Source of the DNA: Ramazzottius varieornatus
Taxonomy: Eukaryota > Animalia > Tardigrada
Length of the DNA stretch: 64,000 bases
Assembly (NCBI GenBank): GCA_001949185.1
Contig: BDGG01000001.1
Location: 921,153-985,152, forward strand
Direction: 5' to 3'
Shown: piece after piece, positions 26,501 through 39,260 of the stretch
How positions within the stretch are numbered: position 1 is the first letter of the stretch
Layout: each line of letters opens with the position of its first letter
Position numbers and translations under genes: made by a program
The notes under the pieces: model-generated
What the model was told of the DNA's origin: nothing
What the model saw: only the letters and a program-made list of their open reading frames with translations
The model's database searches: none

Positions 26501-29500
26501 TTCAGATCGAAGAGTATAGGGACAAAGCTGTCATCACCGCGCCTAAGCGTAAAGCTCCTCCGGCAGGTGCAGCAACCAAGGCGGAGCCCAGCTCCAAACC
26601 GGAAGCCAAGGTCGTGCCTGGAAAGAAGCCTGTCGTTCGACCTGGCACGAAACCCGCGGCTAAGCCAGCTCCTGCACCCGCCAAAGCACCCAGCGAGAGC
26701 GATGACCAAGAATCTGCTTCACCGGCTGAACCTGCACCGGCAGCTGCGGCGAAGAAAGTCGTTGGCGCTAAGGGAAAGGTAGGAAAATTGAAAATCTGAA
26801 AACTACTTTTCGGAATATTTTGCTGAAATTTTCGCAGATAAATTTCTAATTTCATTCTGGTTGATTTCAGGCTGTGCCGGCTGCTGCGAAGCCTAAAGTT
26901 GCTACCAAGGAAGAGGACACCTCACCGAACATCACTGGCACGTTGAAGATGAAGAAGCAGCGGGAGAACGACGAGAAGTTGCTGAAAGTCCTGAAGTGGA
27001 GCTTCGCTTTGCCGCACAAAGAGTTCATCCTGCAACTGAAAGACCAAGCCAGCACGGTCTTCAGTAATAGCATACTGACTTGGATGTTTAGCGATGACTT
27101 CAAAAACCATATAAAAGCCATCCAATCACTCCAAGACGTAAGTAGAACCCCAGAATTCAAACAGTGGGCTCCTTTCACGCACCTGCATACTTATGTATTA
27201 CTCAAATCTCGAACGCGGGGTATGGAGGTGGTTGACAGATGGGCGGAACTCTGTGTTGACTTCTGATTTGTGTTCTGTTTCAGCAATCGAGTCTTTGACT
27301 ATTTTAGGGTGTATTTTCCGTAGCGGAAATTGGTAAGCTCATTTTCTTTTGTTTAGGACTTACTTCGCGACAGGGAAGCCACCATCGCTGTTCTCGACGT
27401 GGTTCTCCGATGGTTCACCCTCCGCTTCTTCGACACCAACCCACAAGTCCTCGCGAAAGCTCTCGAGTACCTGCAGCTCCTTTTCAAGAAGCTGAACGAT
27501 GACCCACCATATACTCTGACCGAGATGGAGTCGAGTAGCTTCCTTCCATTCCTCCTCATGAAGGTAACTGTAACAACTAACATACATCTTACAGCAAAAC
27601 ACTGAATAGACTACACAAATAGAAACCGATGTAGCCACTGTTGCATTGTACGACTACCTCGATTTTCATATGAAATTGGTCAGACCGTCTTTTCATACAT
27701 TTCCTTCTCGAATGTAGACTGGTGATCCAAAAGAGCAGATTCGGAAAGACGTTCAGCACATCGTCAGGCTTATCTGTAACGTCATGCCGTACACAAAGGT
27801 ATATTCGTACCTGGCTGACGGCATGAACGCTAAAGTGACCAAGAACGCCAAGCAGAGGGAAGGTTGCCTCAAGCTGGCCACTTGGGCCATGGAGTCATAC
27901 GGCCTGGAAGTCTGTGGATCCAAGCCGCAAGACAGCCTGAAGATCGTGGCTCAGCAAGTGGGCGATCGAGACAAAGACGTCCGAGAAGCGGCACTGAAGA
28001 ACCTGGTGGAAGCGTACCAGCTGCTGGGAACGGAGAAACTGTTCAAGTTCATCGGCGCAAACGAAGTAAGTGTCTGTATGTGAAAGCTTCACCAACTAGG
28101 TGAGATTGTCTTTCCCACTGGTGCATTCTTCTCAAGCCATTAATACCGAGAAAATGCCCCGATTGGGAAAACAATCAGAAGGTCATCTTCCAAGTGGCGC
28201 ACTCTTTCAGCTAAGAGCAATAAGAACGTGCGCTAGTTTAGAAAAGTCAAACTCGATAGGTCGATTTTCAAGTAGCGCACGCTCTCAGCCATCACACTAG
28301 AAAGGCATGCCACACGCCGTCGCCGCTTGGGACATAATCTTGTTGACTTTGCTTGCCGAGCTGCAAGTCCAATCTCACAGGTCCAGTTGTTGGCAGTTTC
28401 GTGCTTTCAGATGCCAAAGAAGGATCGGGACATGATCGAAGAACGCATCAAGCGCGCTCCACAGAAGACAGCGCCTGCACCCACACCAACACCAACACCA
28501 AAGAGCGATCCAACCCCGGCTGAACGTCCAGAAGCTTCTGTTCGACCGGCGGCTCGATACACCACAGTCCACGCAGCTCCTTCTCAGTCATCCAGTTCCG
28601 TAGACGCGTCAGAACCCACGACGGACTCGGCCAGCGACTCGGGAGCTTCCACCCAGTCGAAGGCCAGCGCTGCCGCACCTACTCAGGAGAAAGAGCGGGA
28701 CGACACCGAGAAGCGACCAGCCACGGTCACGTTAAAGCGTCAACCACCTCAGTTGATCCCCATATCCTCCGCACAACTCGATTCGGCACTGGGAACGGTC
28801 GAGATACCCAAATTACGGTAAGGTGTAAAGAATGGTCCGCTGAAATAAAAATCTGGGTAATTGGTCTAATATCAGTACGGTTAAACACCGTGCTTTCTTG
28901 GTTTGGGTAGAAACCAGGGGAAGTTGCTGTGTGGATATCCGACACGGGACCCTGGTTTCTATTTGTTTGGTTCGTTTGGGCTCGCTAGGACTGTTTCGTT
29001 TTCTGATGTGGTTCGTTTGGTGTTTTGCAGGCAGAATGACTCGCCAGCGACGGATAGAGTCTCGATACTCATCAACAGCCTGATGTCGGACAACCCAGAG
29101 ACCAGTTTGAACGCGCTGAAGAAGATTGACGAGCAGTTCACCAAGAATGGGGGAGCGGACACGGCAGTCAAGTCTTCGTTGGCAGATCTGTACAGGCTGC
29201 TGAACGAAGTCCTGAAGAGACTCTCGGCCAACTTCATGCCAAACTATCCGACGAACTACCAGTATATTGGCACGTGTTATGGCCATGTCTTGCATATTCT
29301 TCGAGAGGTCAGAAAAATTATGAGAAAATTGAAATTAATATAGTAAGGAAGGTACTAAATTAATTTATTTTCTCGTCGCAGTTGTTCAAGAATCCACGAT
29401 ATACGGATCAGACCACCGCAGTAGTGCTGAGTGACTTGATCCATAATCTGATTATGGTCATTCTGGATCGAAGAATGGAGCTGATGATTGGTGGGGAAGA

Positions 29501-32167
29501 GATCGTGAAGAACGCCAACTTGATCACGCTGCGGATTGTCGATAACGCCAACCGCACCCAGATTTTATGGTACGATTCTCTTCACAAGACTCTTTGCTGG
29601 TATTTTCCATACTAATGTGGATCTTGTTTTATATCGAGATTATTTCTTTGTAGTGCTTCCATAAGGCTTTTACGGGAACTGCTGGGCAGTGGTCATATGA
29701 CGGACAAATTCTTGGATCTAGTCATCAAGGTAAGCGATCCGCCGAGAAGATAAAAAATGAAGAATTTCGGAAAACATAACAGTGAAAAGTTGAAGCAGCA
29801 TTACAACATTTGGAAGGGCGGCAAACGAAATGTACAAGAGTGTGGCTTCTAAGTGGCGCACCTTTCCAGCCAAAACACCGCGTACGTGCGCCACTTGAGA
29901 TGACAATCCTGTACGTTTTGCCTGTCGACCCCTCATATCGGTTATTTGGCTGAAATTATAAGGGAAGATAGTTACCGGGGTAAGAAAGAAACTGAAACGT
30001 GTTTTTCTGGGGCTGTAGTGTTTGTGGAGGTGTGTGCGGAAAATGCCGGAAAACTCGATGGAGCTGCAGGTTGAGCCCGTCTTCTTGGAAGTCCACCTCT
30101 TTCTCAAGCAGTTCCCTGCCGCTTTCTGGCAGACTGCTGGAGAAGAAACACCTTTCCGCACCATCAAGACCATCGTGTACACTTTGACCAAGATGTACGG
30201 CTCCAAGGTACGTCCGTAACATTCTCCCCGAAAAAATTAACGATTTTCCTGAGGTTTCACAGAAACTGATTTCTAGATAATATTTGGACATCGATTTTGA
30301 TACTTTATAGTGCATGGATTACCTGACACTGATCGATGATCCGCAAAATTCCGAGCTGGCTTCCTTCCTCAAACGCATCGCCAAGACGATGGAGAAGGAA
30401 GGCGAAGGCGACCACAGACGAGAAAATGGCGACACGAACGGACATTCTCCGGTACGTTGAAACTTCCAACTTCCGGTTTACAATTTCGACGTAAAAAGGC
30501 GGCCAAACAATCTGAAAGAGAACGCAGAAGAGCGTCCTGTGGCGCATCGTTCCGTTTGCTTACGATGAAGCCGTGCGCCACCTGGGATAGCGATCGTATT
30601 CCTTTTATTTGCCTCAGCCCCCAAATGATGTTTCTTATCCGGCTTTCTTGCAGGCTACGCACGCGAGCTTGAAGAAGCACGAAGGCAACTTGTCCAGCAT
30701 TGTCCAGAAGGTGGGCTCGTCGGACGACCAGACCGTTCAGCAGGTTCGTAAGACTAGCCTGGCATCAAAGCCACTGCGTCGTTAACTCATCGTTTGGTCT
30801 TCTCAAATCACATGCGTGCTCGATTTTATAGCCGTTTTCTAAATTTTTTCCCCATTTGGATCTCCTAAGTTTGAAACTCCGTACGACGATGCGTCCTTTT
30901 CTTTCCGGAGCGTAACGTTTGAACTTTTTACACGTTGCTCTATATTTTCTGCACTTTCGAGCTTGCTTGATAAATAAAGAGACATTGTTGAATAGTGAGA
31001 TTATCGACTAACTTTGAGGTGTTTTTCTTGTAGGGACTGAGGGAATTGTACGAGTACAAGGAAGCTCACGGCGTAGACCTCGACGCTTTCCTCCTTCGAA
31101 CTTCCCCTGAATTCCAACAATTTGTCAAAGATGGTCTCCGCGCCATCGAGTTCGAAGATAAAGGTGCGTGATCCACGTTTGGCTCTCTGTCTAAGATGAA
31201 GCTCGGAGACTGAAAACTTCAAAATACTGCAGTAGGATTTGAATAGACTGTTCAGATAGAAAGCAAGGGACTTCGGCATATGCTGTTATGATGGAGTACC
31301 CTGGCTTCTGATACTGATGCTCGTTCTCTTCATTTTTTTCTTATTTGACTATTCTTTGGTGATGGCTTCTCGCTTCTCAGGGGAAGATTTAGATTGATGA
31401 AATTATGGCTCAATGCTCTAACCTGAATTCTGACACTAGGTTTGGGTTTGCCGAATGATGGCTTGTCGGAAAAGAGCCAGATGATCATGCAGCGTCTTCG
31501 CGGCGTCATCTCCTCCCCTTTCATCACCGCCCAAGACATTGCCAATGTCCAGTCCATGGCTGCCGAAGTTAAGATGGACATTCGAGCGGGCTGCTTCAAC
31601 ACGGCCAAGCAGCGTGTCGACGATGCCATCAAGGAAGTAGAGTCCAGAGCCTATAACGTCGAAAACGCCGACTCGCAGCGCCCTCCAAGTCTCCTCAGTC
31701 CTTCTACACCCACCAAAGCTCGCGTAAGAAACTACATCAAATTTCGGGATACTCATCCCAGTTGTTTGGTTTGATTTCCGGTGGTTGGGGCGTCGGGAGA
31801 TGAATTCATCCCTATCGTTTCTCTAGAGTGGCGCGCGCAACCAGTCATTATCATAGGGCAAGTGCGCCACTTGGGAACTCCATTAGACTACTTTTCCAAG
31901 TGGCGCACACCACCAACCGACAGCAGTGTAAGCGTGCGCCACTTGACATGACCATGTGGGAGAAGTCATTTGCCGACGTCCCAAATTTTGTTTTGACACA
32001 AAAACGACATCGAGGTTTGCAGATCGGAGTATTTACTTGAGTCGGTTTGGAAAGCCCGCGTGTTTTCGTTGCAGTCTGCGGATGACAATGCGGTGAACAA
32101 GACCAACAACATGGCGGCGTTGAGAGCTAGAGTCAAGAATTACCTGGAGAATAAAGCAACGAACTAA
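23542..32167 (+). CDS. CKAP5: XMAP215/Mini spindles/ch-TOG microtubule polymerase with TOG1, TOG2 and TOG5 only, plus the C-terminal domain
   Basis: TOG1 (IEHKNWKCRAHGFEE...VRDEARALLAEVYRW), TOG2 (KWSDRKDSL...LEKFKEKKANVV...VRDSAFEAIG), TOG5 (DEKLLKVLKWSF...LRWFTLRFFDTNP) and C-terminal PFRTIKTIVYTL; more than 20 exons; stop TAA at 32165-32167. Confidence 0.93.
24975..25080. repeat. Fold-back repeat family member (1 unit), msps intron
   Basis: AAGTGGCGCAC-N25-GTGCGCCACTT at 25003-25049. Confidence 0.85.
28105..28365. repeat. Fold-back repeat family member (2-3 partly degenerate units), msps intron
   Basis: AAGTGGCGCAC-N25-GTGCGCTAGTT at 28192-28238, AAGTAGCGCAC at 28270, a degenerate unit at ~28115-28165 and outer ATCTTGTTGACTTTGCTTGCCG. 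Confidence 0.75.
29805..29930. repeat. Fold-back repeat family member (1 unit), msps intron
   Basis: AAGTGGCGCAC-N24-GTGCGCCACTT at 29851-29896. Confidence 0.85.
30530..30595. repeat. Fold-back repeat family member (1 unit), msps intron
   Basis: CTGTGGCGCAT-N25-GTGCGCCACCT at 30537-30583. Confidence 0.7.
31786..31984. mobile_element. Most complete fold-back (MITE-like) family member: outer inverted repeats plus two N25 units, last msps intron
   Basis: Outer arms TTGGGGCGTCGGGAGATGAATTC / GAAGTCATTTGCCGACGTCCCAA. Units at 31826-31872 and 31898-31944 are themselves 25 nt apart, giving a 36-nt period. Confidence 0.8.
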
Positions 32168-33182
32168 TTTTGGACATAAATTTCAGACAGATTTGTACCA
32201 GTCATCGGCGCTTTTCGAACTGAGTTTTTCCTCTTAGATTTGGCTGTATTTAAATTATGGATAATGGTGGATCGACTTTCTCTCAAGCATTGCGGCTCTC
32301 TCTTACTCTCCCGTTTTCTCTTTCGTTGACTTCCCTCTCTCAAGATTGCCTGCTGTGTCCGACCTAGTTTTACAGTGTGAAAAACGATATTTTAATGGAG
32401 TTGAGATATTCGTAAATTAGAAAGTCGCTTGGAGCTTGTGATTATTCTCTGTACGTGATCACTGGAGTGGGTACTGACAGCTCGCACAACTGGACCCATG
32501 AAGTGCTAGCCCAAGACCACGAACTTTGGCTCGTCGATCACCCGATCAGCGCAGATACATTCTTTCAAGCATTATCGCGAAGGCTACTTAGTGCCACCGC
32601 GAACAATCGCAACTACAACGACGATGTCCGAGTTCGGTCTGTTCGCAACTCCCTTTTGGCAGTTCTCAGGCTCAAAAAAATCCACAAAATTTACAGACCA
32701 GCTGTAACAAATGCCCGAGAAATTCCCAATGACTCATCCACCCTTTTCCAGGTCTGCTTCATTCGGCCATACCCGATTCGCTGTTGACTTGTTCAAAGCC
32801 ATGGCCAGCAGGAGTTCAGCACAATTCAGTGCTACAAAAAGTTCTTGATACTCGCTCAACCGGTCTGGTAAGTCTGGTAATTCTTGATAAGCCTGGCTCA
32901 ACCAGTAGAAATATTTTGTTGACTGAGGCAAGTTTGCGCCGGCACAATAAGTGGTTTTCTGTCGGTCGCCCCAGCCAAGCAAGTCAAGTTATGACCATGA
33001 AATATATACATAGCTGAAGATCCGAAGATGGCCCATACAACGGCTGGAAGCACGACTTTAACGGGTCAGAAAAAAACTTACTACAGATTTGCAAAATCCG
33101 TCAAGCGATCTGAATCAACCTGCATAATTGAACAAACTGCGATACACTGTACGTCGTCTACCATGAAACCTCACTCTATAGT

Positions 33183-34076
33183 CTAGAATGAGCAAGAACT
33201 TTGGTCCACATGCAAGAACGCCTCTTTCTCGATGTTGTTCTTGCGCAGAATATCGTCGATATGGCTCATAGTTTCGTTGCTAAACTGGTCGGGTTTTCGG
33301 CTCAACAGCCACGCACTTTCTGTATCAAATGAAGAACGGCTGATCGGTCAAAAAGTGTACGATGCACTGATAACACCAGTGGTAAAGTTGCAACTCACCC
33401 AGTCTGAAAGGTCCGGCATTCCTGCAGGAGTAAGCCACACTGTAAGTCTCGTAGTCGGTGTCGACGATCCACAAATCACCTGCTGGAGATCCTGGGAAAT
33501 AAAACACCGGTACTGGAAGAGCCATCACGCTTGCACACACGAACATATGTAGAGTTCAGGGCAAATAACTTACTGGGAAACTGCACTGACAACTTTGCCG
33601 GCTCGGCAGCATTGGGTACAATTGCTTCCCCCAGCGCCGTGCTGTTTTCACCGTTACTGCTACGAGACAATACCCAGTGTTGGTAGACATATCGCGATTA
33701 AAATGTCGACTGTACAGTCACCTAGAACTCATACCTTTTGATTCCCGAATTCAGGACTTGCACTCCATCTGGCAAAGCAGTATACTGCGCCGTCACGCAC
33801 TTGAGTCCACGTTCGTATTCTACAAAGTAGCGTTTTTGCTCGTGCCATTTTCCCATGTACTGCAACGAGGTAGAGATGAGGTAGAACTCAAGTACAAGGT
33901 GTCTTGTTGTACATCCAAACGTGCACACATACCTTGCTGGCATCAAAGTCACTCTTTACGGTCACATTCTGCTTTTCGCAGCCACCAAATAAAACAATCT
34001 GCCCATGGCATGTTTTCACATGTCCCAGGGCACAGATTGCTATGCACGCTGCAAAAAGAAAAACCTGATGATCCAT
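33183..34076 (-). CDS. Apolipoprotein D-like lipocalin, five exons
   Basis: Signal peptide; DFDASK|YMGKWHE (lipocalin SCR1 GxW); CVTAQY; WIVDTDYETYSVAYSC (SCR2); AWLLSR (SCR3); ends QSSCSF*. Confidence 0.9.
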
Positions 34077-34567
34077 GCCGTCTGCTCAGCTGATTGGGGA
34101 GTACTGGTTAATCAGAAACGCTTTGCCGACTTGAATATTATGGACTTGCCGGTAAACACTGTACGTGTACCTTAAGTCTTGAGCTCAGTTTAAACTTCCA
34201 CGTAAGCAGTTTCCTCGGATCAGCTAGTTATCCATCTTGATATCTAGTCCGCCATCTTGATGTCAAACATGAACCATGACCTGCCGGTGAGGACTGTGGT
34301 ACCGTTTTCTCGCGCCCCGACACCGAAACTGCATGGTCTTATCAAGCGAGATCTAGTCCTGAGTCAGTACTGCGCGCTCTGCTTTTTGTACAGTGTTCGG
34401 AAAAATTAAGCGTCGACAATGGGCGTGACAGATAAACTGGAGCTTAGTTATCCAACGATCAATACCAACGTTACTCTGTCCCACATGCAAATTTCATCGG
34501 CCACTGCCATCTGGCTCCATTCAACACCCATTTTCAACGTTTGATTTTCGCGTACACTTAGCTTGTA

Positions 34568-34747
34568 CACACACGAAGTGAAATTATGGGCCAGGCGGAA
34601 AAGACCGTAAAATGGAAATGCAACCGTAGGAAAGAGTTGAAAAGTGTTTTAATGTACATCGAGCGCGTACGTACTTTCTTTCGTACCGCCGCAGTGAATA
34701 GGTTTGATCCATAATTTTTACTGGCCCGTAATTTCTCTTTCCGCGTG
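34568..34747. mobile_element. Putative MITE with imperfect ~27-bp TIRs flanked by TA
   Basis: TA|CACACACGAAGTGAAATTATGGGCCAG ... CTGGCCCGTAATTTCTCTTTCCGCGTG|TA. Confidence 0.55.
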
Positions 34748-37700
34748 TATACCTCGGCGCGTAAATGCTGCACATGTGACGATTGCACCGCAAGGCGGAA
34801 TTTTCACTTGGTAATGCTACAGAGATTTCGGATAGCTGCTGAGAAACTTTCCGCAGGCATAAATGAGGGGCACTAAAGACGGTGTTTTTGCAGAACCGGG
34901 ATATCATGCGTTATCGTTCTTCGAAGTTTCTTTCGCTGTCTTTTTTTTGATATCTTGTGGGGCTGAGCGTTGGCAGATTATTTATTTACAAAGTGATTCC
35001 AAAATCAGCATGCATGCATGTTTTCGGGCTTGTGAAATTGCTCGTGCCAGCAGACTAATCTTTGCATAGGTCTGTGGCTTTTGCATAAACTTGTCAGACA
35101 ACAAAAACGGTAGTTTGGTTTGTTATGAATGAACACAGCAATTTTACTCAGACTTTATGTGGACATCGCATGACAGGTCTCGAGGCACTTCTGTCACGCC
35201 ATTTGGCATCCTACAGTCAACAAACGTGATCAACGAAGAGACTCCAAAAAGTTTCGCGATAAAGTACACAATCGAGAGGGAGGAAGGGCGCGGCTCGAAA
35301 CTGTTTAGACTGAGCGACCTGGGTTTTCCAATCCACCAATTGCAGATGACGTCGGCATGGATCATACTTTTCTGCTTCACAACGCCATTGCAAGGGAAAG
35401 CTCTGTGGGGGGGAGGGGCTGAAGTTTTGGCAGCCTATCTTGCTCTTGTCGTAGGGAGTCGTTCCTGGCGCGTTCGGGACTTCATACAGAAGGAGAATTT
35501 CTACAGTATTTCTCTCTTGGGGCTTCTCTATCGTCCACCCACTTTTCGGTCACCGGGCACGAGGTTGGTCCCATCTCGAGTACGTTCCCGTCTAAATTGC
35601 ATTAGCGAGCCTTCGCGTTGATCGGTCCCTTGACAAACTGCATCCCCTCGGGAAACAGAAAACCAATCTGGCACATACTGTATTACCTCCGTGGTTCTGC
35701 GCACTCAAGTGCCACGCCCCTAAATATTACCTGGCGGGCACAGAAAATATCCAGGCCTTCAAACAGAGATTACTTGCAAATCAAGTGCGATGGGCGACAA
35801 CCAAACAATCGGTGATATCGGTGCGGTGTAATTTACTGGAATGATGACGTACTGCGCAAAATCTTGAAGGTGCTACAGTAAACTGGCCCCTGTATAATGT
35901 GAAGTTGCAGTAGAACTGTGAGGGCCCGGCAGTTCCCATCAGCTCAACTGTACCGGGACGCTCGCCAGTAATGTCGTATATACGTTGCTCAGCCTGAGCA
36001 AAATCGGTCACTTACAACTTGATCTACCGTAGTCCAAGTTCGAATAAGAACAGAAGAGACAGGTATCCCATATGTTGAAGCAAAAGCCGATTTTGAGAAT
36101 AGGGGTGTTCATACTAATATTTCACAGAAGAGGTTGTTTGAGTTTACGAATTGAACCGAGGTGCCCGTAACACCGCCCAAAATGGGAACATGGTTTTTCA
36201 CTCCTTTACAAAAAACATACGAAAACAAGAACGCTATTCGTTTGTGATTCTTTTATGAGTGCCTTCCATGTGTCCGTCTTTCTGTCTGTAAAATGACCCT
36301 ACTTTCAACGTTTGACGCCACCATATTCACCTATGCTCCCGAGCTTTCCACTGTTCTCAAAAACTCATAAAACGGGCTATCAAAAACAAAATTCGGCAGG
36401 CCTCATGAGGCTTCCGTCTTACTTCCTTTTTCGGTACCAAATTCCCAGCGGCTGTTCCATCTTTAGTATTCTTTGCATCCGAAGAACTTTCACAATAGGT
36501 CCTGAACCTGTAACTACAGCTGGCGCTCTCGCTCCTGGAGGTGTTGGTAACTTCGTCGTCCAAGTTTTCGCTTGAGAAAGAATACTTTTCCAGATGCGCC
36601 ACCGGACCCGGGTAAGTCAGGAAAAAACACCTCGCGCCACTTGACCTGGGCGAGCTTACAAAAACACCTCGCCATCTTAGTTCTCTCGAGAAATTTCCAC
36701 ACGAATCAGCCAAGCACCCATCTTACCAATGACATCTCAGTCCTACGTAAGGCTTGAAGAACTTACGGTGTAGTCGTTAGGAGGATCGGAAGTTATCTCA
36801 TGAGCTTCAGTCGTGCGATGTTTCCTCTTGCTGAAGGTGGCAGCGTCTAGCATCTTTTTTATCCTTTCGCGTCTGCTTCTCATCTTCCAATAGGTTTCTC
36901 GCGGACTGCTTGTGTCGACGTTATCCTCCACGGTCTTGTGTGATGGTTATGCGATGCTGTCGAAGTTGACGAACCTGGCTGTCCTCGTTCCGGTGTAGTC
37001 GTGGCTGCAGCTCCTTCTCCTCTGCTTGTGACCGACACTGGAGATCCCATTCCCGGCGTAGCATCCATGGGCAACTCCTCCGCACTCCCCATGTTCGTTT
37101 TCCTCTTACTAAAGTATACCTGCCAAGTATTCGCTGACACGCCGAACCGAAAACTGTTAACATGTGTGATTTCCCCCCTGACCTCCGAGAATTTTTCTGA
37201 TTCTCCCGATTTTTGCCAGACGGCAGATTTTTCCCCAAATAAATATAAAAAAGTACAGGAAAAATTCGGACTTTTGAATAAAAACTATCCGATCAGGCGG
37301 TGCAAGTTGGCTCCGCCAGTTCAAGCACCACCCACCACTTTCAACCAGTTAAAAATTGGGGGATCGTTTGAACCCCATGGTTCAATTCCGACACAAACCA
37401 CGTGGTACTCGAAGTGTTAAGTAAATAGATTACGTGACTTATATCTGGTCCACATATAAATGTGCTGTTTGACGTGGACAAATATGCCAGACAGCCTCAG
37501 CTCCACGTTTGCCGATTATTATTACTGTCGAATATCCTGGTTTGCTGCAGTACGATTTGGTTTGTAAAGCAGGACAAACGGTTTGCTATCAGGCTTTTCC
37601 TACGAAATCAAACCATTGCGATAGGTGAAAACTTTTCGAAGAAATGTTCGTAGAAGTGCCATGGGCAGTTTACTACTTGTTTCAGAAAAGAGAACCGAGG

Positions 37701-37859
37701 CATCATGTATGCCACACTACAAGAGGAAAGATGGTATAATACAGTAATAAATCATAAACATTCCAGTGATATGAATTTTTAAACTATGGTACAAAACAAA
37801 ATTCTATAGGTCCGATACGAAAACCCCTGCACAATAACATTAGGCGTTTTTTCTATACA

Positions 37860-38460
37860 GGTATATAGTGTACCAGGCGATTCGTATTCTGTCGACGATT
37901 TCCGAGAAAGCGCCAATGTACAACGAGGCACTCTTCGGACTAGGTTTGATGGCTCAAATGAAGTAAGCGATGCTCAGGTATGGCAGGACATTTGGCAAGC
38001 CGCACTCCGTTCTGGTCAAGGCATGCCAACTCATAGCAGCAGTTGCGCACAAATCGAAAGAACTTATCCAGGTAAAGAACGACTTCTCATGGCTAAGAGG
38101 TTGTAAGATTCGTTTTCTGCAGTTTATCATATTGCGCAGGACGTAATTGAGGCCGGCTTAGTGGCCATTTTGGTGCGTATATTACGCCGAGCGGATGACC
38201 ACTGCAGCAGGGAGGCATCCGTCGCTCTTACCTCAATATGCATATATGCATATGCACAGCGAACAGCAAAGAAGGTACGTACTTAGTCAGCATTACGAAT
38301 TACTGCACCGGCACAAACTTCATAAAGCAATGTGCCGAAGGGTGGTGAAGGAATTCGGAGCTGACGTGCCGATATTTGAAGAAACGCACAGTGCACTGTG
38401 CGGAAGCCGAAACATGGAGAGAACTGTCCTACCCCCTCATCCGCTGTTATTCTCCAACAA
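37860..38460 (+). pseudogene. Importin-alpha-like armadillo-repeat pseudogene fragment
   Basis: Spliced KACQLIAAVAHKSKELIQ|DVIEAGLVAILVRILRRADDHCSREASVALTSICI followed by SEQQRRYVLSQ resembles late importin-alpha ARM repeats. There is an in-frame TAA near 37965 and a frameshift at an ATATGC micro-duplication near 38240. Confidence 0.5.
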
Positions 38461-39016
38461 GCCAGCTTGAGCACTACCGTCTGGCAACGGATGTAAATGT
38501 TACGTTACTCTACTGTCAGGTCGCGTGTTGTGGAAAGTTGACGTACATGAGAAGATTTTGCTCTTTGTAGTATGGCTTGACATGACGCTTTGCATAATGG
38601 AAAGCAACCTTTCAAATGCTAGATACATGTAGGAAGAAAGGGGGATTTGTTCCGTGTCATCCAGTGCGAAACTTCATTGCATTACCATGATTCCATAGAA
38701 AATCAAGACAGCCATCTGAACACCAAAGATCAACATTGTGAAACAGTTTACAAAAAAAATAGGTCAGTTAATCAGTTGGTATAAGTTGACCAGAAAAGTG
38801 AGTCAGTTGGTAAAGGTAGGTCACTTTGTATAAGCCCGTACGTTCTCAGCGAGGTCATTTGCCATTGGTGGAGAAGTCGTGGGAGCCATCCGTCGAAGAG
38901 CGCTCGGTGCAGGCATTGTCCATAGGCGGCAACTGCAGTCGATTCCTCGACCTACCCACTGACGACAAGCAGAAGTCTGTGACTGTCTAAACCGGCAAGG
39001 CCCGTCATGTGCGCTA

Positions 39017-39260
39017 CAGTCCGGTCGTTCGAAATCCGTACCGAATTTTCGGGTTTCAGGATAGGGCCCGCCATACATTCACCATTCTGTATGCCAAGCT
39101 AAATGGTCAAATTACAAAGCACACGGTTTGCACCGTGCTGTGGCTGGTACAATCAAGTCGCAGATAACCGGATGTGTGGGCATGGCGAGTAGTGCGGTTA
39201 ACTTGGATGATTTTCGCGTTTGGAAATCCGAAAATTTACGGATTTCGAACGACCGGACTG
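39017..39260. mobile_element. Tc1/mariner-type MITE (244 bp)
   Basis: TA|CAGTCCGGTCGTTCGAAATCCGTA...TACGGATTTCGAACGACCGGACTG|TA: 24-bp perfect TIRs that extend imperfectly, CAGT termini and a TA target duplication. Confidence 0.88.

Noticed and set aside
31359-31435. Possible C/D-box snoRNA in an msps intron (GTGATGG...TGATGA...CTGA)
   Set aside because: Imperfect C box, no terminal stem and no identifiable antisense guide.
31826-31944. 36-nt periodic motif/spacer pattern resembling a CRISPR array
   Set aside because: The motifs alternate in orientation and are only 11 bp, the spacers are related to each other, the context is a eukaryotic intron and there are no cas genes.
32455-33017. ORF with DTFFQALSRRL, vaguely OTU-like
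   Set aside because: The catalytic Cys motif is absent and the downstream frames are broken; the similarity is too weak.
35780-37240. Broken minus-strand ORFs including FFLTYP (like CRESS-virus Rep motif I) or a LINE ORF1 relic
   Set aside because: No convincing HUH motif II, YxxK motif, helicase Walker A, zinc knuckle or RT could be found in any frame I translated. Left unassigned; tBLASTx would decide.
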